From NCBI GenBank assembly GCA_018398765.1, contig JAHBMJ010000368.1, positions 1 through 51,436 of the forward strand: a stretch of 51,436 nucleotides of DNA. The letters are read 5' to 3'. Numbering within the stretch: position 1 is the first letter of the stretch; the number at the start of each line of letters is the position of its first letter. The notes under the pieces were generated by a model that saw nothing but the letters and a program-made list of their open reading frames with translations, ran no database searches and was not told the origin of the DNA. Positions 36,941 to 48,715 of the stretch are shown piece after piece. Source of the DNA: Chromera velia (taxonomy: Eukaryota). Both the position numbers and the translations under genes were made by a program.

Positions 36941-37374
36941 TGTGTGTGTGTATGTGTGTGTGTGTGTGTGTATGTCTCTCTCTCTTTACACGTCGCCTGC
37001 ACAACCGCTTTTGGTGTCCCTCTACCTCTGACCACACACAAACAAAGGATTACGTCCTAGGATCACGTCGACCGAACGCTTGCCCGCGCCTGCCTACAAA
37101 ACCTGCCTACAAATCATTTTTTCGTTGCTCTTTCTCCCTCCCGAAGTTGCACTCCAAAAACGCCCCAATGTCCCATGCCCCCGCAAAGAAACAACGCTTA
37201 GTGGCCCACCAAGGTCGAAGGCAGGAGACGACACCACCTCGGCAACCTGCTTATTCAGAATCAACGCCCCTGTCTCTGCGTCTTCGAACAACTCCCCCCC
37301 CCCTCGCCATCAGCTGGGTAAACGCGGGGAAGTTGTCACGCTTCAGCCAGTAGAGGGGGGACAGGTTCTTCAGT
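36263..37374 (-). pseudogene. Exon-like fragments upstream of the RRM exons, one with an apparent frameshift
   Basis: AG...GT-bounded segments at ~37374-37203, ~36604-36437 (IGFPEFGAVPQTL...AQEAIG) and ~36301-36263. The first reads LKNLSPLYWLKRDNFPAFTQLMARGG/ELFEDAETGALILNKQ only if the G10 run at ~37294-37303 loses one G. Confidence 0.4.
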
Positions 37375-37546
37375 GCTGCAAAGAAAAGAAAGACCACGCA
37401 GTCAGGCAGCAAGCAGCTTTCATCTTCATCATTCACGAGAGTCATTCACTCACTCACTTACTCACTCACACACACACACACACACACACACACAAGTACA
37501 CACAAGTACACATAAGTACACTCATTAACTCACTCACTCACACATA

Positions 37547-37577
<31 letters not shown>

Positions 37578-37581
37578 CGAG

Positions 37582-37625
<44 letters not shown>

Positions 37626-38441
37626 TGACCGCATGTGGATGTATATAGGAATGCACCGGCAAAGACTTTCATACTGAATACAATTTATCAACCAATCTTT
37701 CTTCCTTTCCCCATGAGATAAAGGCTTCATTCTCCCCTTTAACACCTACACACCTCTGATGACGTCATAGAAATCGGGGTCAGTCCTCCAGAATCCATAA
37801 CGAGAAATCCGCCCCCTTCTCTTCTCCCACCTCCCGCCGGCGTCTGGCAGCCGCGGACACCTCTCTCATCTGGCGGGCGAAATGGTCTGTCCCATCGCAC
37901 TCCTGCCTCGCCTCTTTCTTTCCCTTCTCTCTGTCATTCGTTTGTGCATTCACCGACACGCTTGTAAAGAAAAGTAGAGGACGGTCCCCCTGTTGTCCTT
38001 TCTCTCTCTCATGCAAGGATGCGGCAGACGAAGTTGTACGTGAAATATATATATATATATATATATACTATATATATATATATATATATATATGGTGTCA
38101 AAAAAAAAAAAAAAGAAAAAAAAGTTGTGCGTGCATGCATGTGAAGTGTTGCATGCCGCGGCATGTGCATGCATGTTGCTTTAGCCATGCACATCCTGAC
38201 GTTCTGCCCGGATCCGGCCTTTATATTATAGTCGTGAGCGCCAAAGTATGCGCTGTATATGCATCATTGAGTGTTTGTCTGACCTTCGTACGTGCGTTTG
38301 GAAAATTGAAATCTTCTTCCATCTTGCAACTATACTGCAAAAATCTTCAAGTTGCTGACACGCATCATATTCAAGCCATTGTAAGCTTCTCTGACGTGTC
38401 GAACCGTGCAGTCAGTGGAGTTGGCGGAGCTCTGATCTGCA

Positions 38442-38478
<37 letters not shown>

Positions 38479-38777
38479 TGCTTTCAGAGTCTTGAAGCTC
38501 CAATTTTTCAAATGGATCGATCGTTTAAATTTAGGTCCCTGTTCAGTCGTTCTCCCTGTACTCCATTCGTGATCGTGCTCGAGGGTGAGGCAAGGTCAGT
38601 CAAGATTCTGAAAGGAAGGAGGGCGGGGCTTTCATAGGGCTGGATGAGAGTGCGAAAAGTGAGATAGTAGAAAAAACTCTTCTTGGGAATCCCTCAGTGT
38701 TGCCTCCTTCTGAACGAAGTCATCGCCTTCGTGAGAGTGTGTGTGCAGGTGAAAGGCACTTTTCTGTATCCCATAAA

Positions 38778-39727
38778 ATGAGTCAAGACATAATCCAGAG
38801 CGGTGGGGAAGAGCAGACACTCGAAGGTTCGAGCGCGGGGGGAAGCGCCAAGGCACTAAGAGAGGAGGCCGAGCGACAGGAGAAGACCCTTCACGGCTTC
38901 TTCGCCATACTCCAGCACTCAGGACTGTCTGCCGAGGTGAGTAGCTCAAGGATGTACAGAAGAAATCCCTGCGTTGTCTTCTTTTATTGAGCTGTCTTCC
39001 CTTTTCCCGTCTCTCTCCTTGTTGTTCGTTTGTGTTTATTTCGTGTCACATCACTTTTTCCTCCCCTATCCCCTTTCACCTCATTTGCAGACGCTCTCTG
39101 GCCTCTCAAAGGACAGGGACTCTTTTGCGTTGGCCTGGCTGCTTGTGCAGCTTTTCTTGAGGGTCAGTCAGTCGGTTGGTGGCTTGAGCAGGGAGGGCAG
39201 GGAGGGGACGGGTCGTCCTTTGGACGGCTGTCAGAGAGGAAGCCTGAGTAGCCGTGTGCGTGTTTGTCTCTGAAAACGGGCACTATAGGTCTGTCTCTCT
39301 GCCATCTCTTGAAAGACGAGGGCCAACTCAGTTGAGGGAGACCGGATCCCCTACTGCTCTTCCCCTCCCTCGACCGTGCAGATAGTCAAACGCGCGTGCA
39401 CGGCTTTGCCCCTAGCTCTCCAGGTTCCCTTTTGTCGATCCAGCTCCTCCCTCCCTGTTGCCACCCCGGCCCCCGCGTATCTTCACTCAGTCTTGGCCTG
39501 GGGGGTCCGGGTGGGCCCTCTCATTTCTTCCGTCAGATGGTGAAACGAAGAAAAAATATTTGTGGGAACAGAGACGGAATCACCAGCTGCACAAACGTTT
39601 CAACTGTCTCCTCTCCCTAATGTTGTTCGTTCCTTTTGTCTAATCTTCTTGCTCTGCAGGCGAAGGCACTTGGAAAAGTTTCTGTGGACCCTCCACCGTC
39701 AATCGACCTCTCAGGTGTGACGCTCTT

Positions 39728-39794
<67 letters not shown>

Positions 39795-39825
39795 GCGTGT
39801 GAGTGTGCGTGTGTGCGTGCGTGCG

Positions 39826-39877
<52 letters not shown>

Positions 39878-40019
39878 GTGAGAGAGAGAGAGAAGAGAGA
39901 GAGAAGGAAGGAAGGAAGAAAGAAAGAAAGCAAGCAAGAAAGAAAGAAAGAAGGAAGGGAGGAAGGAAAGAAAGAAAGAAAGAAAGACGGACAGACAGAC
40001 AGACAGGCAGGCAGTCTGG

Positions 40020-40050
<31 letters not shown>

Positions 40051-40074
40051 ACAGACAGACAGAGAGACAGACAG

Positions 40075-40120
<46 letters not shown>

Positions 40121-43100
40121 TTTTTACAGACAGAAAAAGGAAGCGAAGGAAAACAACACAGACGCTAAAAGTCACAGCGTATCAGTAAGACTCTCCGCGT
40201 ATGAGTATGCACTACAAATAAGAGTGTCGGGAGGGCCCTGTCTCTCTTTCCGTTGCGTGACTCTGCCTTGGCGCGTTGTCCTTGCTTTCTGTCGTCCATA
40301 ATTAATTGATACGCTTTTGCTTTGCCGTTTCCCCCCGTTGTTTCGCTTCTTTCCCTCTTCCATTTTATTTTTAAATTAAAGGAGGAATATAAATTCCATG
40401 CTTTCTGTCTGCTGTCTGTCTCAATGTGTGGGTGGATGCATGCTCTGTAGGGCCTTTCTTTTGTGGCTGCTTCAGGAACACAAGGCCTCTCCCCCAAGAA
40501 GCTGTTTCTGCTGATTCGCTCTCTTCCTGCTTCCGTCGAGGGTATCAAAATTGGTCTGTCGGTCGTTGGGTGGGTGGGCATAGCAACGAAGGTATGTGAG
40601 GGTGTGAGGGTGTTAGCCATCCGTTCGGTTGGTGTCTGCCGTTTGCATTTTCGTTTGAAGTTTATCTTCTACCTCATTTTCTGCTTGCGGAGAAGAGAGA
40701 GAGCTAGAAGACAGAAAAGAGCAAAAGCCAGAAGAAGGAGAGAATCCATGTGAAGCGACAAATCAAATAAGCCAACACGAGAGAAAAAGTCTCCTGTGTA
40801 GCAGTCGCAATTGGTACTTTCCTTTTAATTGTCCTCTTTTCCCGAGCTCGCGCTACCACTACCGCACAGCTATTAGCTCTTTTCCCCTCGTCTCTAAAGG
40901 TAAGCTCGCAAGGGAACTTGGGGAGAAGGAGAAATAGTCGCACCCTCCGTCTGCACAGATCAGTTTCAGCGGTCAGAAAAGGGAAGAGAAGGAAGACTCC
41001 GTGGCATCTTGATCTTCCAAAACGTTTTTTCAAATTCTCTGACAGCTTCTTGCGGTGAGTCTCTCGATGCGAAAAGAAGCATGCACAAGAGGGTGATTTC
41101 TTTCTGCATGTCCTCTTCTCCCTGCGTGTACTGGAATGTTTATGCAGATTCTGCAGTCATGAAGCGGCCCCCCGGCTTGCTTCTGTTGCAGAACTTTCTG
41201 GAATATCTGCTGGCTGCAAAAAGGGGGGGGAAGGAGGCGCCACAGCTGAAGGCTTTCACGTTTGCAGGTCTGAAGTGACGCTCGCTGAAGGCAGATCGAT
41301 CGAGAGGAATTTTTTGTTTGGGGGGGGAGGTGGGGGCATATAGATGACCTTTCGATCTTCAAGAGAGCAATACATTTCTTTAAGTGACCAGAGAGAGTGT
41401 CTGTCTGTCTCCCTCGTTCTTTGTTCGTTTCGGTCTGACTCCTAGATCTTCAGTCCATTCGAACTTTATTTGCCTTCCCTTTTAGCAACTGAAAAGGTCT
41501 CACACAGTACAACTGTTTGCGCGTGTGTTTGAAAACAGCGCTCTTTGCTCTTCGTTCGGTCTTTTCCCTTTCGATCGAAACGAATGCCCAGCCGAATTCC
41601 CCCCCCTCCCCCCCGCTCTCATGCCTGCCTGCGTGCCCACAGAGTCCACACTCCAACAACTGCCCCGTGAAGAAGCCCGGATCCTGTTCTGCCTCCTCCT
41701 TCCCTCTCTGCAAAGTCTTTGTTTACGTGGTGGGTCGGTGTGTTGGAGGCAGAAAGGGGAAAGGAGAGGAGAAAAACTGGCAGCTTCATCCTCCTGATGT
41801 ACCACTTTCCTGCCATTCCTGATGGCAGGATCGTACGTCTGTTTCCTTCTGGCCGAGTGAACAGGGTGAACACATGGCCTTGTCGAACTTCCGCTCGCTT
41901 GAAGATAAAATAAACCATGCAGTCAGGGTCTGTCTTTCCTTCCCCAAATTGCAATGCTCTTCAATGTTTTTGCCTGTCTTCCTTTTCATCTTTTCTCTTG
42001 CTTTCCGTTGGCAGGCAACCGTCTGGGTCGTGAGGGGTTCAAAGCCCTTGCAGAGGTGATCGAATCCGGCCATGCTTCCTCTTTGCTGAGCTTGGACCTC
42101 GAGAACACGGGACTCGATATAGACACACTAAAAATTGTGTGTGACGCTCTCCTACGCTCCGAGAAGCGCTTTTTGTCGTTGGAGACACTGAATTTGTCCG
42201 AAAATCCATTCGGTCAAAAGGAGATGGAGGTACTTTCTTCTGTGCTTTGCAACAATACTCTTCCAAATCTTCGCGTGTTGATTTTGAAGAATTGCCTTTC
42301 GGAAGTCGAGACATTGGCAGGAATGCTGCAAAGAGGAGACTTTGCAAATTTGGAAACTTTGGACTTGGAAAGAAGAAGGGCCATCCCTTCCCTGTTGTCC
42401 AAGTTGGCCCGCGCTCTTCATGCGTCTTCGGTCCCGAGGCTGAGATATTTGAATTTATTAACAGAGGGGGGATCGGATGATTACAATGAGGGGGTGTCGG
42501 ACTTTTTCAGATATCTCAAATCTGGAGCAGGGCCTCGCTTGGAACATGTGAAGATCCGATTGGGCGGTCATATCTCGCAGCAGGACTTGCGAGCTGTGGC
42601 TGCCGGACAGTACCCGGCCATTCGCACTCTTGGTCTTTGCTTGGAGAGTGCATCTCAACTGAAGGCGTTCATGAAGATGTTGTTGGATGGGAGTACAAGG
42701 GGGTCGTTTGATTCTCTCGAGGTCGTTTTTGATGCCTCTCTCGGAGAGAGCGTGAGTGCGAATGATCCGTTGTGTGCGATGGGAGGTGTCATTGAGGGGG
42801 GGCGTCTAGATTTTCTTCAAAAACTGGTGGTCTATGTTTCTCGGCCACATCCATTTGCGGACATGAATTTTAGTTTGTTGGCGAAAGGCAAAGGAGCTCT
42901 TCTCCAATCATTTTGTCACTCCAAGCTCCCTCTGCTCTCCGAGCTGAGCTTGACGCAGTGCCTGTCAGATGGTGACCTGGGTCTGTTGGCAAAGGGGGTG
43001 CGGAAAGGAAATCTGATCGGGCTTCGTTCCCTTCTGTTAGGACAAACGCCCGAGGTGCTCGATGCGGCAGCAACGACATTTGGGGGGGTGGGGTTTGAAG

Positions 43101-44164
43101 CATTGATGCATGCAGTGATTGAGAGTACAGAGGGGCTGCCCCTTCTTGAGAAATTGGAAGTATCAGGCACCAGGGCGGGGGAGAGGGTGGGGTGTTTGGG
43201 GGATGCATTGTTGTCTGGAAAGTTGCCTCGGCTTTCTGTCATCGGATTGGCCGGCTGTAATTTGACGAGTGAGAGTGTGAGGTTGCTTTCAGGTACTGTA
43301 AGAAGGGGGGCATTTGCCGGTGTTTCGTCGGTTGAGTTGAATTTGAACAGAGAAGTTGGGTGGGAGGCGTGGAATGAGTTGATGGGGGCGATAGGGGAGG
43401 GTGTGAGACCGTTGCGGAAGCTGACAAAGCTGAACGTCTCGGATACGACGATACGTGAGGCCGGAGGAGCGGTTGTTGCTGCTTTTGCATCTGGCAACCT
43501 CCCTGTTCTCCGACGTGTGGGTCGATCTTTTTGCTTGGGGGAGGCGCCCTGGTTCAATCTTGATGCATCCGGTGTGCAAAGTTTGGGTGATGCGGTGAGA
43601 GACGGTAAGTTCCCTCGTTGCATTGAGGGTGCAGTAAACTTCGGTTTGAAGGGGTCTGGGATCGGTCTGGACTCGTTAATTGTCGGTATTGCCGAGAGCA
43701 GAAAGGGGCTCCCACGTTGTGTAGAGCAGATGGATTTGAGTGGGGGGCGCGTGGGAGAAGAAGCACTCGGCGCTCTTTCTCTGTCGGTGAAAGCGGACGG
43801 GCCTTGGGGCCGACGGCTCCCCGTTCGATTTCCGGGTTTGGCTTATCTGTACCTCAACCATTGTGGAATGAATGATAACATCTTAAGCAGATGGGGTGAT
43901 GTCTTTGCAGCGTTTGAGTGTCCTCAGCTCAAGCTGTTGCATCTCAACGAAAACAGATTCACAATTGATGGAATCTCTTCCTTCATCGATATTCTCCGCC
44001 CTGGGTGCCTCCCCCAACTCACTGACTTCTCGGTGCAGAACCAAGACGTGGCAGAAGGGAAAATGGAGTTTGACAACAAAGCAGCGGAAGCACTGATAGA
44101 ACGTGCCATTTCCGAGAAAAAGGTGCCAGCAAGCTGCCAGCCGAGGGCGACGACGGGTCTTTGA
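38778..44164 (+). CDS. Ribonuclease-inhibitor-type leucine-rich repeat protein, 8 exons, ~949 aa
   Basis: Exons: 38778-38936, 39091-39162, 39382-39510, 39660-39714, 40476-40553, 41148-41267, 41643-41729, 42015-44164 (2850 nt, in frame). Repeated LxxLxLxxN/T motifs: [45 protein letters not shown]. Confidence 0.88.
39724..40120. repeat. Compound intronic microsatellite (CT/GT/GA/GAAA/CAGG/GACA)
   Basis: Directly visible. Similar tracts occur at ~19050-19125, 27014-27129, 30360-30545, 36868-36985, 37460-37620 and 50714-50805. Confidence 0.95.
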
Positions 44165-44596
44165 AAGGCTTATGCTTCAAGACTTGGATCATCGTATGCA
44201 AAGGTCATGCATTTAAAGGTGAATGCACAACAAAATTCCTAGCAAAATTCTGGATACGGTAATTTGTATAAGTGTACACACTACTTGGCGCAGCATAGTT
44301 TATACTAGACTTTGTAACTTGAATTAAACTTTTTCATAATAAAACTTTTAATTATTATGAAAGTGTCTAATATTGTATTCAAGCCTAGATTTAAGCTAGT
44401 ATTCAAGTTGATGCATGTTTGATATATATAACGTTTATATGATTATTAATTTATGAACATACCAAGTAAGTTGTTAGGTACGTTTTTAAAGTACGTTCAA
44501 AGTTCATTTACTCTATTTACTACTGCTCAGTAGTACATGTAAGTTAGTCATTTTAATAATATAAAGAAAACCTAACCAAACAATACCAAACAGTGT

Positions 44597-44904
44597 ACCC
44601 TGCAAGTTTGAGTAATTTAGATGAGTAATTTAAAGTAATTTAGAGTAATTTAGCTGCCAGTGAGTATTTAAAGTAATTTAGATTAATTTGGCCTAATTTA
44701 ACGGATAAAGCAAGGTCGAGGGAAGACATGGAGAGCGCATAGGTGGTTGAAGTCGATACTAGATTGAACTAGTGGGCCGGGTTTAGTGTGTTGAAATCTA
44801 CTGATACCAGATTAATTTGGCTGAGTAATTTAAAATAATTTAGAATAGTAAACTAAAGTAATTTAAAAAGCTAAATTACTCATTTCGGTCAAACTTTGGA
44901 GGTT
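44597..44904. mobile_element. Putative MITE-like element with AGTAATTT subterminal repeats
   Basis: The left end CCCTGCAAGTTTGAGTAATTTAG resembles the reverse complement of the right end (CCTCCAAAGTTTGA...TGAGTAATTTAG). AGTAATTT is repeated near both ends. No TSD was recognised. Confidence 0.4.
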
Positions 44905-45015
44905 GATTTTTCGTGAACCGCAAAGAGTTAGACGTTCAAACTAACAGTGCTTATACTCCAATATAAAATCAACATCGTCATCTATGCTGTATGTTAATTA
45001 AATTGAATTTGAATT

Positions 45016-46003
45016 GAATACACGCAATCATCAACATCGTCATGACACGCAACTCCCTCGATCTTACTGCATTCACCTGTGAGGCCTTCCTTTCTCCTTG
45101 CCTGCCTGCTATCTTCCCAGGGCCTTCCGCCTTGCTTGGCTGGTAATTTGAAACTGCCGTTTCATGCCAAAGATACAGCGGCTGACAGGCAGGCACGCAG
45201 GCAGGCAGACAGGGAGGCAGGCAAGCAGACAAAGAGGCAGACAGAGAGGCAGACAGAGAGGGAGGCAGACAGAGAGGCAGACACTGTCAGGCAGCCAGCC
45301 ATACAGCCAGGCGGCAAAACAGATAAAACACTGGCTAATCGAATTTAATCGACAGAAATACTGGAAAAAGAAAAGTTCAAGCAAGGAAATATTCATTCTG
45401 AGACTATTTTGTGCTAAAGAATGATGATGCTGAAATACGAAACGACAGACAAAACACGGATATCTCTGGATTTCTTCATCACCTGGCCGTACCTCTTCCT
45501 TGTGGCACCATTTTCTCAGCATTCCCGTCTCCTTGTCACCCAGGTGAGTGAGCTGGTGATGGAACCTCTCGGGTCCCCTCACTGATGCTCCTGTCCAGAA
45601 GTGTACCGACAAGGCACTGGACCCCACTTGCTCAGAGAATCGCTTCACGTCACCCAGAGCACGCACACAGGCTGGGGGCACGGATGGACCGCTGCAGACA
45701 AGGTAGAGGTGTGGGTCTCAACGATAGACAGCTTGGACAACAGGCATGCCAACGACAAGAGACTGGACCCCTAAAGGCTTGACATCGCATTTCACAATAG
45801 ACCATGGGGCATCGCAAAACTCAACGTCACAGAAACCTGACATCGCCATCCCTGCTCGGTCATGCTGTCTGAATGCGTCGGACCCACCTGTCAGTGTCAT
45901 TGCCTGGCAGTGCCCCAGAGTCTCTAGTAGGGGACCCCGTCAGGTCGCTGCAGACGGGGATCGGGAGAGTGTGGGCCTCAACGATAGGCAGCTTGCGTGG
46001 ACA
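45016..46003 (-). repeat. Left arm of a ~1 kb inverted duplication
   Basis: Reverse complement of 47748-48715. The ORF track shows mirrored peptides (45109..45681- vs 48102..48569+; 45746..46015+ vs 47753..48037-). Identity decays after ~45955. Confidence 0.95.
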
Positions 46004-46602
46004 GTACGTCTGTGAGCAACAAAGTCTGAGCTGAATGCATAAGACGCCAGAGGTTCAGGGAGATGTAATCGCACAATAGAGTGCCAAGAACAGATACACC
46101 CGAGATTGCAACAGCCGTTGCACAGTCATCATTGCAGACATGTCTATAGATCTGTAGGCTTGGACTCCAGATCACAACGAATGTCTGCATGAAGTCAAAC
46201 CTGCGGACACTAGCTTACCTGCTGCTTCTCTCATTTTTCTTCATTTCCTTCAGGATGCGAAGTCGGGCGCTGCAACACGTGGAGGCAGAATAAGGTGAAT
46301 GAATCGGTATAGAGACTCCCGCGTACCTGTACATGCAGGTAAAGGCTAGAGGTAAAGGTATTCAAACAACGCATACAGGTACTGAACGGTCAAACGATCG
46401 ACACGATAGTCGGACAGCCAGAAGCGACAAGCTCTCTCTCGGAACAAAGCGGCCTTACAAACAGACGGAAGAGATGAAGGAGTCTTCCTTTGTGTTCAAG
46501 CTGCCGGAGGACCAGTCCAGACAGACCTAAAGACGCGCTGAAGGTGTTGTTATGGGTATATAGTTTAGAAGAAAAGTGACAAAAGCATGAGCTTCATCAG
46601 AC

Positions 46603-46974
46603 TTACAGATCATTCGCTGCCTTGCGAAGGGTAGGGATGAGTCTTGGAGCCCCTCTATTCTGAACTTGTTTTTTGATGCTGTCCTTGCACAGGGGACAAG
46701 ACTTTTCTCTTTTCTTCCATGTGTCAACACAATGCGAGTGAAAGCTGTGCCCACAACCGAGAGTCACGAAACCTTGGTTGAAGCCCTCCTGACAGATGGC
46801 ACACTGCAACAAGCTTTCGATCGCTTTTTGGATCTGCCGATCATCTTTCAGATTGACAGCCAAAGCCGTCATATCGCCGGAAAAAGAACTGCTGGCGGTG
46901 AAGGAAGTGTTGCTTGACAAAGAAGTTTCTACATAGTAGTCTGTCGGGTAAAGAATCTGCTGATCAGAAGTCAC
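46603..46974 (-). CDS. RING-H2 zinc-finger (putative E3 ubiquitin ligase) exon
   Basis: CAICQEGFNQGFVTLGCGHSFHSHCVDTWKKREKSCPLC is a complete C3H2C3 motif with the conserved W and P. First in-frame ATG is at ~46872. A GTAAGT donor at ~46606 suggests further exons. Confidence 0.85.
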   Translation of the reverse strand: MTSDQQILYPTDYYVETSLSSNTSFTASSSFSGDMTALAVNLKDDRQIQKAIESLLQCAICQEGFNQGFVTLGCGHSFHSHCVDTWKKREKSCPLCKDSIKKQVQNRGAPRLIPTLRKAANDL

Positions 46975-47602
46975 ATACAGGTCAATCCTGGAGTCATTTC
47001 ATTCAACGTACATCCGGGGAGAAACATTGTCTGTTGTTTCCTGGCTAGGCTATTGGACTGTCTCTCAGTGTTGTTCAATTGTTGTGCATGCAGTTCAGAG
47101 GAGAGAGAGATCGAGGCTGCATGTCAGAGAGAGAGAGAGAGAGAGGGTTGGGGGGAAGAGAACCTTTAATTGAGGAACGTGAGGCGTGCATGCGGTCCCG
47201 GAGGACCGGAGTGATTGCATGACGCACGCGCGCGCCGGGCACGCGCGAGCCATATGCAACACTTTCCAAACAACACTTGATTGCGTTGCACGGAATTAAA
47301 CAAACAAACTGTATTGCGATAAATGAAAAGATGTCATACACAAATGACGATACAGATTCTTCTTCTGTATTGGACGGGTGAAATACAGATGGTTCAAATT
47401 AAATCCAAATAAATGAGATTGGAAGATGAACAGTCTCGATGCAATGTCCGAAGACTCAAAGTGGATGAAGATCCAGAACAATTAACTGATGACCAGACTT
47501 TTCACGTAAGTTGATTGTCTTCATGCTGCCGTAATACGCTAGCCGTTCCAACATACACATACACACAACACACATCAATCCAACACATCTCCCTTTCTCA
47601 GC

Positions 47603-47750
47603 ATGTTTTCGACGAGCCCAGATGCAAAAGAGGCCTCTAACCAAATGACCTCCATTGGCTGCGTGGCGCAGTCACAGTGCAGACACAAGGAAGAATTTGC
47701 ACCATCGCTGCTCCTGTCGTGTGGACATTCTCTCCACAGCAGTTGTAAGC
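47603..47750 (+). pseudogene. Truncated second RING-H2-like fragment
   Basis: MTSIGCVAQSQCRHKEEFAPSLLLSCGHSLHSSC resembles the CGHSFHSHC core of the neighbouring RING. It meets the right repeat arm exactly, where TGTAAG could also be a splice donor. Confidence 0.5.
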
Positions 47751-48715
47751 CCTTAGGGGTCCAGTCTCTTGTCGTTGGCATGCCTGTTGTCCAAGCTGTC
47801 TATCGTTGAGACCCACACCTCTACCTTGTCTGCAGCGACCTGATGGGGCCCCCTACTAGAGACTCTGGGGCACTGCCAGGCAATGACACTGACAGGTGGG
47901 TCCGACGCATTCAGACAGCATGACCGAGCAGGGATGGCGATGTCAGGTTTCTGTGACGTTGAGTTTTGCGATGCCCCATGGTCTATTGTGAAATGCGATG
48001 TCAAGCCTTTAGGGGTCCAGTCTCTTGTCGTTGGCATGCCTGCTGTCCAAGCTGTCTATCGTTGAGACCCACACCTCTACCTTGTCTGCAGCGGTCCATC
48101 CGTGCCCCCAGCCTGTGTGCGTGCTCTGGGTGACGTGAAGCGATTCTCTGAGCAAGTGGGGTCCAGTGCCTTGTCGGTACACTTCTGGACAGGAGCATCA
48201 GTGAGGGGACCCGAAAGGTTCCATCTCCAACTCACTCACCTGGGTGACAAGGAGACGGGAATGCTGAGAAAATGGTGCCACAAGGAAGAGGTACGGCCAG
48301 GTGATGAAGAAATCCAGAGATATCCGTGTTTTGTCTGTCGTTTCGTATTTCAGCATCATCATTCTCTAGCACAACATAGTCTCAGAATGAATATTTCCTT
48401 GCTTGAACTTTTCTTTTTCCAGTGTTTCTGTCGATTAAATTCGATTAGCCAGTGTTTTATCTGTTTTGCCGCCTGGCTGTATGGCTGGCTGCCTGACAGT
48501 GTCTGCCTCTCTGTCTGCCTCCCTCTCTGTCTGCCTGCCTGCCTGTCAGCCGCTGTATCTTTAGCATGAAACGGCAGTTTCAAATTACCAGCCAAGCAAG
48601 GCGGAAGGCCCTGGGAAGATAGCAGGCAGGCAAGGAGAAAGGAAGGCCTCACAGGTGAATGCAGTAAGATCGAGGGAGTTGCGTGTGATGACGATGTTGA
48701 TGATTGCGTGTATTC
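47748..48715 (+). repeat. Right arm of the inverted duplication, with an internal ~90 bp direct repeat (47748-47836 and 48004-48093)
   Basis: Near-identical reverse complement of the left arm. The two differ by about ten substitutions and by the length of an AGAC/AGGC tract. Confidence 0.95.
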
